A stretch of DNA of 64,000 nt, taken from a candidate division FCPU426 bacterium. Its GTDB lineage: Bacteria; Oederibacteriota; Muellerivitia; Muellerivitales; Muellerivitaceae. Positions 11,801 to 21,679 of the stretch are shown in pieces. Positions within the stretch are counted from its first letter, which is position 1, and the number at the start of each line of letters is the position of its first letter. A program made the position numbers and the translations under genes. Where the stretch lies: NCBI GenBank assembly GCA_963771075.1, contig CAVYSE010000018.1, forward strand, positions 32,001-96,000, in the 5' to 3' direction. The notes under the pieces are model-generated. The model was not told the DNA's origin. It worked only from the letters and a program-made list of their open reading frames with translations, and searched no databases.

Positions 11801-11921
11801 GGATGAGTCGGGCCAGGCGGGGAAGTCCATCCCGGCATCCATTGAAAATGGGGGATTGAAGTTCAAACTCACGCCGAAGGACCACACTTCCTATTACTTG
11901 GTGGAGGCCATCCTAAAGTAA
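8814..11921 (+). CDS. Exported glycoside hydrolase (clan GH-A, GH5-like) with two N-terminal CBM4/9-like domains
   Basis: AAGGAG RBS before GTG 8814; tandem carbohydrate-binding-like modules; GINLVRLH, EIVNE (acid/base), DTHAYWDHP, STEWN (nucleophile). Confidence 0.8.
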   Translation: MNLIKILVLGLILLFPSRGRSGDWNWIKNGDFTSNTDWNGNFSLQPGPKGAQAAHLENPQFAWNSTEQEVALPQPAPPALEISGWMKCEDIVQGQKDWEKCRITVTFFDPHGTQVGGWPSDIARENGTKDWALYSNQYSVPSGAATAKVELQLDNCTGKSWYSGLKMLVYDYDLKPMPVGAAQTHPDRKPPARYKTDNWLLDPDFEAPGSTDWEQAHIAAEGHQSLHSLMVENAAPSWTLPAQDVSFQGQKPAALLYGGWIKTEAVTPGVNPWEAARLGLDFRDANNKQVGGWQAEAAQVIGTTDWTYYEKKFVVPPGAAAVHVDAGLGNCVGKAWFDDLSLTLLDSDGKKIMTERQTQQTTDTSDWYAFQAPTSASDAPLDLSFLNDRPAGKHGFVTNQGGHFVFADGERVRFWGTDVVGPRLFMPHEETDRVAERMAKLGINLVRLHFLDNNWGESCLFDPQADNTQTFNPDSLEKLDYFLSALKKNGVYVYPDWSVGRKFRAGDKVPGANELEEGAKTVIHFSRRVIELNKKYASMLLSHVNPYTGLALKDDPVYVGNEIVNESSIFCGFGEQKFPQPFWDELQRLYKAWGGHGAITHFKYDWDSLRLLPTLNPQNEKESLRFLLQEVVKTNKEMKKFLAQLSPHALLAGSNMGLPVLGSIYGDSVMDFMDTHAYWDHPQYWKMPGGWADVDRAPMTNQAQLLNPFQGSLLVSLSHAAVEGKAFISTEWNDCVPNEFRIEGPVLMAAYASLQDWDGMLQFDYGPSLIGQSKMTNFDINSRPDNEPLYIAGALIFREGLLKPSQVHVVEPLTDEQVLAPGMRSEWLYDHPWLPYVAKVEKRFAGPEPTAPADLSAIEKLYNPQEKEIDSSTLEEKLYYGRGVLAIDSPMAQGVVGAISSADPKQVEGKTGLWVHVEKRSPWAAVLAVALDKKALAQSAKIMVFAVARAENSGQVYNPNRSALKNPGQAPVLMQGVEGEVSLIVDPNQKYQVVPLDESGQAGKSIPASIENGGLKFKLTPKDHTSYYLVEAILK

Positions 11922-12899
11922 TCCGACGATCCGCTTTTACTGGGACCGGTTCTGTACCTATAACTATCGGCATGGGACTGGTCTTTTTGTTAGAAATTCC
12001 CCATATCCCCTCATGAATTGATTGAAAAATTGACGAAAGATCGGCCAGGTGGGTTTGATCGAAAGGCCACCTGGTTTTGATCATTAAGGTTTCACGCGGC
12101 GAAGAACCTTGGCATGGATGATGCCTAATCATGTATTGGTTCTGAATTTTCGTAGTGGGTATCGGCCAACCAATATGAATCGGACGAAAGCCAAGCGATG
12201 GACAGGCGGTTTTTGGTCCGCTTGTCCATCGCTTGTATCAACCTGGTAGGAATACTTAGAATCTCTAACAAAACCCGATATTTACCACAGCGACACATAC
12301 CGACCATCCATGAGACATTTAATGGAGTCGGCATTGTCCCGATTTCTTTCGCCTTTTGGGCGAAAGGGGACAGAGTAAACCCGGACAATTGGTTTAAAAT
12401 TCCTTAAGTTTAGAAAGGTTTTTTCTGTGCCTCTGTGGCCGCCAAAGGCGGCCTGTGGTGAAATTAGGTTTTGTTATAGTCTCTTAGAAAGAAATTATAA
12501 AACAGCAACTTCTATATTATGACCACCTGCAACACCACGTTCACCACCACCATAGCCAGTACCCCTCAATCCAGCTTCGCGATTTATTCGCCAAGGGAAA
12601 AAACCATTTTCGTTACTTAAGTTTTACAATGATCTGGATTTATCTTGTGACTGGGCGGTTCTGTTGGGTCCGTGACTTTATTCAAATATTTGACAAATTA
12701 ATGGCATTCATCAGAGTGTCCCTTAAATTCTTTAGGAAAGAAAGTCACAAGTTTCACGGGAAAGCTGGCTTGGGTCTGCTTTATGCAAAATTTTCAATGA
12801 AATAAGTCCACCTTAATTGGAATAAATAAGAAACAAGAACCACTATAAATTAAGAAGACTTGGGATGAGATTTGATCTTGTTATTTTAAGGAAATACTT

Positions 12900-15800
12900 T
12901 TGAATCCATATGGTATCGATTCCATGAAGCGTCACTTCTTCTTGAAGGTTTTGACTTTATCCTTTTTGGGCTTTGCGGCATTCTCCCCCCTCTTCGCGGG
13001 TGTGGTTTCTTTCGCCAATTGTTCCGTCTCCGAACCCAGTCCTTACTCACTCCAACAATCCATGGTCGCGCAAGGCACGGGATTAGATTACGTTATAAGT
13101 TCAGCCCCGTACCAAGCGCCCATCTCCATTGCCCTTCCGCCGGGATCAACACCTGTCACGGCGTTTCTTTATGTGGAATATAACAATTCCGGCGCCAATG
13201 TGGTTCCCAATACCACCGCGATCAACTTTAACGGTTCCTCCACGGGCACCGGTATTTCCACGGGGGCCGTCACTTATGTCGGATGGACCCAGACCTGGTA
13301 CAGCGTGAAATATCCCATCAACCCATCCCAGATCACGGGAGGCGGCACATTGGGAAGTGAGACCGCCTATCTCTTAAACGTGACCTCAGTCCCGGATTAT
13401 TGCCAGGGATATGCCTTGCTCGTGGTATACACCGACCCCGCGCAAAGCACCAACAACGTGGTGGCCCTGGCGGACGGTGAAAACGTCTGGCACTTGGAGG
13501 ATAACGGGCAAGTGGCCTACGGAGGACCTCCCCCTGACGCCCAATTGGATTGGTCCTGCCTGGGCTTGAGCTGTTCCGCCGCGAACATCCATTTTTCCTC
13601 CTTGGGTGGCGCCGCCCAATGTTTCCCGAACTCCAGCGCTTTTTCGGACCAGATCGAGACCTGGGGTTCCGGACCCGCCACCGCCTCTTCCAATTTTGGA
13701 TCCGCCAACGGCACGCCCCCTGTATGGAGCGGGCCCCTCGGGGCCTTGAATTGCTTGACCGGCTCCGGGCCTGACGAGATCGTCCGGGATTATTATCCCC
13801 CCTCCAGCGCCCTCCAGGGCGCTTCCCACCTGGAATGGGGCCTCCAATTCGCATCCAGCTCGGAAAAGAGCACCTTCTGGCAGCAGGCCATCGCGGTCCA
13901 GTACCAATGCAATCCCGTGTCCCAATGCGCGGTGACCACTAACTTCGCCAACGGTTCCATTTTTGCCCCCGCGCCGCCGGGGTGGGTGATCGGCCGGGCG
14001 CCTGCCCAAGAGGGCAATTGGTACCAAAGCGCGAGCGGGATTTTCTTCAACGGCGGAATTTACTCCGGCTGCCTGGCTGAAAACAACCAATTGCTCAATA
14101 CCCAGGCTGCTAGCGGCCCCGGGACCCTAACCGTCAATTATTCGCAAACCCAAACCTACGATCGGCCGAACATGGGCGGCGTCATGTGGGACGTGAATCC
14201 CGTCACAGGATCCGGATACGAAATTCAGTTCGACGGCGACAATTGCGCCAACAGCGACAGCGAACTGGTGTTCAATGTCTACGGGGCGGCAACCACCACC
14301 ACCGGGAACAAGATCTCCGCCCAAACGGTGAACCTTCCCGCCAACAGCGCTCTCTGCGCCTTGAGTCCCGCTAGCGTTTGGCTCCAGCTGATCATCACCA
14401 ACTCGAACAGTTTCATCGTCTCCATTGGCGCGGCCCAGGGGTCCTATAGTTATGGTGTGACCTTCACGGACTCCACCTATACCAGCGGTTTAATGGGGAT
14501 TAGCGATTACGGTTGCGTGAACGACGTTTTCAAATGGTTCCAATGGAACGGGATCTGCGGCGCGGCTTCCCCATCTTCAACGCCCACCGTCACCACGACC
14601 CCCAGCCCGACGACCCCCACCCCCACCCCGGGCAATATGGGCGCTTCCTTGACCATCCTGGACCCCCTTCTGTTGAGCCCAACCCAGCCGGTGACCCTGG
14701 TTCTCAATTATTGCCCCGACCCTTACAACAGCACTGAATTGGTGATGCAGGTCAACAATATGGCGACCGTTTCCAACCCATCCACCATCACCCAATGCTC
14801 GGTGTCGGTCGCGGGGAGCTACCTGTGGGTGGACAAGAACGGCACCCAGGAACAGGACCCCTCCTATGGGACCTCCGGTTCGGAAGAAGCCTATAACATG
14901 ACGGACAATGGGAAACCCTGCGGGCCCGTCACCTTTATTGAGATGATTCCCAACGCGACTTTTGGTTCCATCTACGATGTCGTGGCGGAGGGAGCTCCCA
15001 ACTATTACGCCTGCGGGACGTCGGCGAACCTTTACGCCTGGGCGCCGGTGACGATCGTTGCGTCCACCGCCGTGCCCACCACCACCCCAACCCTTACTCC
15101 TACGCTTACCCCCACTGTCATAGTAGTAATGGCCACCGCCACTTTTACACCCACTGTTACCGTGAGCGCCACGGCTACCAGCACGACCGGGTCTACCGGC
15201 TGTATCCCCGTTGCCGCCTCCATCTGCGCTTCCGGCGATGACTTTTCAACGATTTGGGTTGAGGGCGTCACCATCGGCAGTTTCCCCTACGCGGGTGTGC
15301 CTGGAACTAATGACCCGGGCAATCCCACATGTTTTAGTGTGCCGACCAATCTATTGACTAATTCGACGGTTTGCCTGGCGGTGGAGACCCAAAACACCGC
15401 CCCCGAGAACAATTATTCCGCCTGGGACCTGGACATCACCTGTTCGGGCGGGTCGCACTCGGAGATCACCAGCTCGGGTACCGGCATCTCGGTGGATTAT
15501 GTCCCGGTTGGCAATCCCGCCGCCCCGCCCGCCAACGATGGCAGCGGAAACCCCTGGTACAGCCCCAACTATTCGGGCGGCGCCTTCGCCTCCACCTATT
15601 GTTCCAGCGGCGTAACGGCCTCCACCTGGGCGGACCCTCTCTACAATCCCACCACGGGAACCGCACTGCCCTTCATCGCCAACAACTGCTCGGGGGATTA
15701 CTCGACCGCCAACTCGGCTGGCGCGCTCTTCTGGCGCCAATGCGTCTCGATCCCGGGTGCCACGACCCAGCTCGGGCCTTCCAACCTCACCGTAACCGCT

Positions 15801-17753
15801 GCCCAAACGGGTGCTGTGACCAACGCCGCTGGCACCGCGGTCACGATTCTCTATAACATCGTGGTTTGCAATAGCGGCGCCGCCATTACCAGTCAGCCGA
15901 CCACCCTGGCGCTCAACTTTTTGACGAACACTTCCAACTGCAACGCATTCCAATTCAATTGTTGGGGATATGGGGACGCCAACGTGCCTTATACCATGTG
16001 TTATTACAACTCGTCGAACGGTCTTGCAAATGAGCCCACAGCGACCAACAACATGATGGTGTTCCCCAACCTGGGGAATGGCTGTGTGACCGCGATCGCC
16101 CAGGCGGTGGATTATTGGGCACCCATCACCTGCTGCCAGACCCTGGTGAGCCAGGCGTCCGTGACTTGGGCCGGAGGAACGGCCGTCTCGAACTCGGTGA
16201 CCTTCAGCACAACCTGCCCTCCCACGCCCACCCTGACGGGCTCACCGGCGCCGACCTCCACCGCTACCCTCACGCCTACGGTAGAAGGCACGCCGACTTC
16301 CATCCCCATCACCACCCAAACGGCTACGGTCACTCCGACCTCCATCGCGACTTCCGTGTCGACCAGCGTGGTCATTGGGGCCAATTATTGTTCCGGCGCT
16401 TCCTATAACACCATCGCCACGACCTACGGCCCTCTTTCCCCGGGAACCGGCAATTGCGGCTTCCCCGGGGGTTCCTATGACCCGAATCTTTACGCCGCCA
16501 TCCATTACTCGGACTACGCGAACGGCTTGGCTTGCGGGGCCTGCGCGGCCGTGCAGGACGCCGCGAGCGGGGGATCGGTCACCGTCATGGTGGTGGATAA
16601 TTGCCCCAGTTGCTCGACCGCGCACCAATTGGACTTGGGGCCCGCGGCTTGGAACACCCTGACGAATAACGCGATGCCGGGCGTCGCCACGATTACCTGG
16701 AATTTCATGCCCTGCCCCTTGAGCCTCATGACGGGCGACACGAATGGGACGATCCAGTGGGAATGGAAATCGGGTTGTTCCATCGATTACGATCCGATCC
16801 AGTTCCTGGACATGGCGATTCCCGTGACCGGCGTGAGTTTCAGTAACAGCGTGACCGGAACCTATACGCCCCTGCAGCTCGGGTCGAGCGGTGTGGGAGG
16901 CGCCGAATATTGGGGAGCCCCCAGTGGGAATTTAAACTCCACCACCGGTCCCTTCTATTTCGACACGACCGACGCGCACGGCGACTCTGTTACCATCGGC
17001 CCAGTTACGGTCGGATATTGCGGGGTATTGAACTCCACTTCCTCCCAATTCCCGGGATGCCCGGCCACCGCCACGATGGCGCCCACCCATACGGCGACGC
17101 CGACCCTGACCTTCACCGCCTCCCCCACGCTCACCGCGACCGTTGGCCTGCCGACCACGACTCTCACTCCCGCTGGGACCGGCACTCTTACACCCGCCAC
17201 GGCCACGAACACAACGACCCCCACTTCTACACTTACGGTTCCGCCCGCCAATACCGCGACTGCGACCTATACCGCCACGCTTACCGCGACCGTTGCCCTG
17301 ACTTGGACGCCGACCGCCACACAGAACATACCGGTTACCCTCACCTGGACCCCCACCGGCACGATGACGGCGACAGCCTCGCCCACGAGTACAACCATTC
17401 ACCCACCCACCTTCACTTGGACCCCCTCGGCCACGCCGGGCACCCATACACCCATTCCTCCTCCCGGCCATGTCTGCAGTCCGCCCTATCCCAACCCCTG
17501 CGACGGCCACCATCCCATTTGCGTGGATATCGCCTGCCCGGGGACTTGTGACGTGACCTGCGACATCTACACGATCGCCTTCAAGCGTCTCTACACCTCC
17601 ACTTCCCGCGCCACCGGCAATTGCACGGTCAGCTGGAACCTGCTCGACAAGGCGGGGTCTGCCTGCGGGAATGGGCTTTACTACCTGCGCGTCACGGTCA
17701 AAGGCGCCCAGGGCATTTCCACACAGACGGTGAAGTGCCTGATTCTTCGCTAG
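12900..17753 (+). CDS. Large Cys-rich exported protein with expansin-like (DPBB) domain, Thr/Pro linkers and FlgD-Ig-like C-terminus
   Basis: Signal peptide; GNCG..YAAI..ACGAC..VTVMVVDNCPSC..LDL expansin D1 signature; C-terminal GNGLYYLRV. Confidence 0.8.
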   Translation: MNPYGIDSMKRHFFLKVLTLSFLGFAAFSPLFAGVVSFANCSVSEPSPYSLQQSMVAQGTGLDYVISSAPYQAPISIALPPGSTPVTAFLYVEYNNSGANVVPNTTAINFNGSSTGTGISTGAVTYVGWTQTWYSVKYPINPSQITGGGTLGSETAYLLNVTSVPDYCQGYALLVVYTDPAQSTNNVVALADGENVWHLEDNGQVAYGGPPPDAQLDWSCLGLSCSAANIHFSSLGGAAQCFPNSSAFSDQIETWGSGPATASSNFGSANGTPPVWSGPLGALNCLTGSGPDEIVRDYYPPSSALQGASHLEWGLQFASSSEKSTFWQQAIAVQYQCNPVSQCAVTTNFANGSIFAPAPPGWVIGRAPAQEGNWYQSASGIFFNGGIYSGCLAENNQLLNTQAASGPGTLTVNYSQTQTYDRPNMGGVMWDVNPVTGSGYEIQFDGDNCANSDSELVFNVYGAATTTTGNKISAQTVNLPANSALCALSPASVWLQLIITNSNSFIVSIGAAQGSYSYGVTFTDSTYTSGLMGISDYGCVNDVFKWFQWNGICGAASPSSTPTVTTTPSPTTPTPTPGNMGASLTILDPLLLSPTQPVTLVLNYCPDPYNSTELVMQVNNMATVSNPSTITQCSVSVAGSYLWVDKNGTQEQDPSYGTSGSEEAYNMTDNGKPCGPVTFIEMIPNATFGSIYDVVAEGAPNYYACGTSANLYAWAPVTIVASTAVPTTTPTLTPTLTPTVIVVMATATFTPTVTVSATATSTTGSTGCIPVAASICASGDDFSTIWVEGVTIGSFPYAGVPGTNDPGNPTCFSVPTNLLTNSTVCLAVETQNTAPENNYSAWDLDITCSGGSHSEITSSGTGISVDYVPVGNPAAPPANDGSGNPWYSPNYSGGAFASTYCSSGVTASTWADPLYNPTTGTALPFIANNCSGDYSTANSAGALFWRQCVSIPGATTQLGPSNLTVTAAQTGAVTNAAGTAVTILYNIVVCNSGAAITSQPTTLALNFLTNTSNCNAFQFNCWGYGDANVPYTMCYYNSSNGLANEPTATNNMMVFPNLGNGCVTAIAQAVDYWAPITCCQTLVSQASVTWAGGTAVSNSVTFSTTCPPTPTLTGSPAPTSTATLTPTVEGTPTSIPITTQTATVTPTSIATSVSTSVVIGANYCSGASYNTIATTYGPLSPGTGNCGFPGGSYDPNLYAAIHYSDYANGLACGACAAVQDAASGGSVTVMVVDNCPSCSTAHQLDLGPAAWNTLTNNAMPGVATITWNFMPCPLSLMTGDTNGTIQWEWKSGCSIDYDPIQFLDMAIPVTGVSFSNSVTGTYTPLQLGSSGVGGAEYWGAPSGNLNSTTGPFYFDTTDAHGDSVTIGPVTVGYCGVLNSTSSQFPGCPATATMAPTHTATPTLTFTASPTLTATVGLPTTTLTPAGTGTLTPATATNTTTPTSTLTVPPANTATATYTATLTATVALTWTPTATQNIPVTLTWTPTGTMTATASPTSTTIHPPTFTWTPSATPGTHTPIPPPGHVCSPPYPNPCDGHHPICVDIACPGTCDVTCDIYTIAFKRLYTSTSRATGNCTVSWNLLDKAGSACGNGLYYLRVTVKGAQGISTQTVKCLILR

Positions 17754-17866
17754 AAATTATTCCGCCTTTCCAGGCTCTTTCCTTGCGCGCCCCCCTACGT
17801 TAAACTCACCTCGCCCCCGTTCCAAAGGGGATGGGGGGCGCATGATTAAAGGATTCCGATCCGTCC

Positions 17867-18520
17867 ATGGCCGACCCTCCCCTCAAAATCAACGAAATTT
17901 ATTTAAGCCTCCAAGGCGAGTCCACCTGGGCGGGCCTGCCCTGCGTGTTCGTGCGCTTGACCGGCTGCTCCCTGCGGTGCAAATGGTGCGACACGGCCTA
18001 CGCGTTCACCGAGGGGGATCCGGCCTCTCTTCCCGCCATCCTCGCGCGGGTGGCTTCCTTCGGCGTCAAACTGGTGGAGATCACGGGCGGGGAACCGCTG
18101 GAGCAGGTCGGGGTCTATGCCCTGATGGACCAACTTCTTCACCAGGGTTTTCAGGTATTGTTGGAAACCAGCGGGGCGGTGGACATGGGCAAGGTGCCCA
18201 AGGCCGTGGTCAAGATCATGGACGTCAAGTGCCCGGGCTCGGGCGAGGACCATGGGAACCTATGGAAGAACCTGGATTACCTCGTCAAGGGCCAGGACGA
18301 GATCAAGTTCGTGATCGCGGACCGGCAGGACTACGACTACGCCCGCGACATCCTTTTCTTGCATTCCCTGATCGGGCGCTGCACCCTCCTGTTCTCGCCG
18401 GTCCATGGAAAGCTGAAGCCTTCCCAATTGGCGGAATGGATATTGGCCGACCACCTGCCGGTTCGCATGCAGGTGCAGATGCACAAGGTCATCTGGCCGC
18501 ACGACAAAAGAGGAAGATAA
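17867..18520 (+). CDS. queE: 7-carboxy-7-deazaguanine synthase (radical SAM)
   Basis: EIYLSLQGE, CSLRCKWCDT, ITGGEP, QMHK; next to queC. Confidence 0.92.
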   Translation: MADPPLKINEIYLSLQGESTWAGLPCVFVRLTGCSLRCKWCDTAYAFTEGDPASLPAILARVASFGVKLVEITGGEPLEQVGVYALMDQLLHQGFQVLLETSGAVDMGKVPKAVVKIMDVKCPGSGEDHGNLWKNLDYLVKGQDEIKFVIADRQDYDYARDILFLHSLIGRCTLLFSPVHGKLKPSQLAEWILADHLPVRMQVQMHKVIWPHDKRGR

Positions 18521-18673
18521 CAGCAGTCCGCAGTCCGCGGCTCACAGCTCGCAGGTAAGACTTTAAAGTCGCCGCGTTGAAATCTCTGGCTTTAGCCGGG
18601 GAGGTGCGATTTTCATTGAAAGTCGATTTTTATGGATGGTCGGCATGGACTTCGTGGAGCCCCGGGCTTGCCC

Positions 18674-18945
18674 GGGGGGTACCTGCCTCGAACCCACAAG
18701 GTGAGAGGGAAGGTTTGGTGATCCCCATTGCTACTGCAATGGGGGGTACCTGCCTCGAACCCACAAGGTGAGAGGGAAGGTTTGGTGATCCCCATTGCTA
18801 CTGCAATGGGGGGTACCTGCCTCGAACCCACAAGGTGAGAGGGAAGGTTTGGTGATCCCCATTGCTACTGCAATGGGGGTACCTGCCTCGAACCCACAAG
18901 GTGAGAGGCAAGGTTTGGTGATCCCCATTGCAGTAGCAATGGGGG
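18674..18945. repeat. Tandem array of four ~67-bp units each ending in a REP-like palindrome
   Basis: Units start 18674, 18741, 18808, 18875; near-identical; palindrome CCCCATTGCTACTGCAATGGGG. Confidence 0.95.
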
Positions 18946-18974
18946 CCGAATTCCAGCTGATTGAGGAGTGTTAG

Positions 18975-19670
18975 ATGAAGAAAGCGGTTGTTCTCGTCTC
19001 CGGCGGGCTCGATTCGACCACCTGCCTGGCCATCGCGAGAAAGATGGGTTTTGACCTATACGCCCTCACGCTCTTTTACGGGCAAAGGCACCGGATTGAA
19101 ATTGAATCCGCGCGAAAGGTGGCCCGCGCGTTCAAGGTGAAACGCCACCTGGAATTGGCGGTGCCCTTGACCGCTTTCGGGGGTTCGGCCCTCACCGACC
19201 GTAAAATTCTCGTTCCCAAGAAGCGCAGCCTGAAGGCCATGGGCCACGGCATTCCCTCCACCTACGTGCCCGCCCGCAATACGGTGTTCCTCTCCCTGGC
19301 ACTGGCCTGGGCCGAAACCCTGGGAGCGGAGCACGTCTTCATCGGCGTGAACGCCCTGGATTACAGCGGTTACCCCGATTGCCGCCCCGAGTTCATCCGG
19401 TCTTTCGAAAAAATGGCGGGCCTCGCCACCAAGAAGGGAGTGGAAGGGAAATGGCGGTTAAAGATCCACACGCCTCTCATCCGGATGACCAAGTCCCAGA
19501 TCATCCAGAAGGGCCTGTCCCTCGGGGTCGATTTTGGGATGACCCACTCTTGCTATGACCCGCGCAAATCCAAAAAAGGGAAAATGACCCAATGTGGGAA
19601 ATGCGATTCCTGCCTCTTGCGGGCCAAGGGTTTCGCGGAATCGGGAATCATGGACCCGCTCCTGGAATAG
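18975..19670 (+). CDS. queC: 7-cyano-7-deazaguanine synthase
   Basis: [28 protein letters not shown]. Confidence 0.97.
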   Translation: MKKAVVLVSGGLDSTTCLAIARKMGFDLYALTLFYGQRHRIEIESARKVARAFKVKRHLELAVPLTAFGGSALTDRKILVPKKRSLKAMGHGIPSTYVPARNTVFLSLALAWAETLGAEHVFIGVNALDYSGYPDCRPEFIRSFEKMAGLATKKGVEGKWRLKIHTPLIRMTKSQIIQKGLSLGVDFGMTHSCYDPRKSKKGKMTQCGKCDSCLLRAKGFAESGIMDPLLE

Positions 19671-19810
19671 TGGACGACATCAAGGGATTGGGAATGGGTT
19701 CCCAACTTGGGTCTACTGACCCAATGCGCAAAAAAGAGGGCGAATTTTTTTGATTTGTCTTATTGTTTCTGTTCCAAAATCCAGGTTTTGTCTTATGATA
19801 GAATCATCCA

Positions 19811-21055
19811 ATGCAAACGCTTACCCTGAAGACCAACATAATTTTCCTTCTCCTTTCAGGAATGCTCCTCGCACTTCCCGCGCTTGCCGCTGACTACAAA
19901 CCCAATCAATTCACACTGACAGTGGACGCGGTAGGACAGGAATTTTTCCATCCCAACAACCCTACGGGTTCCTACAGCAGTTACACCGGCGTTGGCGGGC
20001 AGATCTTCGCCGATTACCGGCCCTTCCAGGAAGTTTCCTTTGGCTTAGGCGCCGATTACGTCTCCTATTCCAGCCCTTCCTTTAACATTCAATCTTTCGA
20101 TCTCGGTGGCCGTATCTATCCCGCGGGTTACAGCTCCCTGGGAGAGTTTTATCTTCAAGGCGGAATGGGGTTGAACATCCTGCCCTTTGGTTTCGCTCCC
20201 TTGGGGGGGATCTGGGGCCATTACCACGGCAACGCGGGTTTGGGTTACCGCATGGCGTTGGTGGAAGGCATCGCTTTCGACATGGGGGCGCAATACGATT
20301 ATTACTCACCCTATTTAACCCCTTCCCATGGGGTCCGAATAAAAGCGGGTTTGACCTTCGGGTTCGGGCCGGAACCGGCTAAAACACTTTTGGTCGGTGC
20401 CGCAACCGGTGCTCCCGCCTATACACCCAATTGGAAACTGAACCCCCATGTCACCTGGGGGGAGAACGACACCTTGGGCGCCCTGGCCGAAAAGATGTAT
20501 GGGGACGCGGATCTTTACCCCCTCATCGTGGACGCCAACGCCACGCAATTCAGGTCGGGCAAGCCTTTCGAACCCGGCATGACCCTGGTGATCCCCGCGC
20601 CACCAGCGGATGTAAGGGCCCTGGATGCCATACGCAACCACGCCATCCAGGAAAGGGAATACGTGCACCTTGAAAATCTCTCCGAGGCTTCTTCGAACGG
20701 CTGGGGCGAGGGATGGACCGGGCCAACCCATTACACATGGAAGAAGGGGGATGACCTGCCCTCGGTGGCCGACGAGCTATATGGCGATGAGGACCTCTAC
20801 CCGCTCCTGGTGGACGCCAACATGGACCGCTTGGTGCTTCCCGTGAACCTTCAGCCCGGGGTGGTGTTGGTAGTGCCCAAACCCAAGGTGGATGAGATCG
20901 ACGAGATTCATATGGACGTTTGGTTCGATAAAGACCCTTACATCTGGTGGAAGAACGTGAGCGTTCGTACGGGCGCCAAGTACCATAAAAACGAGTCCTC
21001 CGAATCCGACACCGACAATTCCATGGACCTTCAATCGGGACAGGCAGACCAGTAA
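19811..21055 (+). CDS. Outer-membrane beta-barrel-like protein with two LysM-like domains
   Basis: Signal peptide; amphipathic Gly/Tyr-rich strands; two YGDxDLYPLxVDAN repeats. Confidence 0.7.
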   Translation: MQTLTLKTNIIFLLLSGMLLALPALAADYKPNQFTLTVDAVGQEFFHPNNPTGSYSSYTGVGGQIFADYRPFQEVSFGLGADYVSYSSPSFNIQSFDLGGRIYPAGYSSLGEFYLQGGMGLNILPFGFAPLGGIWGHYHGNAGLGYRMALVEGIAFDMGAQYDYYSPYLTPSHGVRIKAGLTFGFGPEPAKTLLVGAATGAPAYTPNWKLNPHVTWGENDTLGALAEKMYGDADLYPLIVDANATQFRSGKPFEPGMTLVIPAPPADVRALDAIRNHAIQEREYVHLENLSEASSNGWGEGWTGPTHYTWKKGDDLPSVADELYGDEDLYPLLVDANMDRLVLPVNLQPGVVLVVPKPKVDEIDEIHMDVWFDKDPYIWWKNVSVRTGAKYHKNESSESDTDNSMDLQSGQADQ

Positions 21056-21679
21056 CAGCGTCACAAGCCCCGGTTGGGCGCCATCGAACCCTCCGATCCT
21101 TTTAAAAAATACATCCAAAACAAAGACACGAAGACACCCCATATGATTCACCGTGAATCATATGGGGTAATACCGCCATCATTAAACCAATCAAATGGAG
21201 GGGTGGCACACAAAGGACAGCAAAAGAAGAATAAGAACCTATAACAAAACCCCAAGGCAAAGACAATTTTCACCGCCACGATGCGTCCCCAAGGGGGACG
21301 CATCGTGGCGGTTAAACAGGTTTTGTTAGAGCTTCTAAATACCGAAAAAAATCTAAAACCAGGGGCCTTTTGCCTTTCTTCGTGGCTTAGTGGCTTCGTG
21401 TTGGCTGTGGGTTTGTCGGGCCTGAACTATTACTGAAATTGATCACGCCTGATAAATGACTTAATCAAGCAATCTCCGACAATTTTGTCGTCTTATCCCT
21501 AAATGGTTTTAAATTTAACGTTTTATCTTTAAAAATATCCTTTACCCATTTTTCCTTTGAAATAATTTGATAGTGAATGAGTGGCTTCCGATATAAAATC
21601 ACACCTCGCCCAGATATTTGTCAGGCCGATAATTCAAGTGCGCGTTTTATTTTATTAATTAAAACATGGAGTTTTCGTT

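Noticed and set aside
11922..12899. Short ORFs in the 1-kb intergenic gap
   Set aside because: No recognisable motifs or RBS; AT-rich, regulatory-looking DNA
18674..18945. Possible CRISPR array
   Set aside because: Units are identical end to end with no unique spacers; no cas genes in the window
17754..19670. queE/queC as a 7-deazaguanine DNA-modification (dpd) system, or a preQ1 riboswitch
   Set aside because: No dpdA/tgt-like neighbours and no riboswitch consensus seen; ordinary queuosine synthesis is simpler
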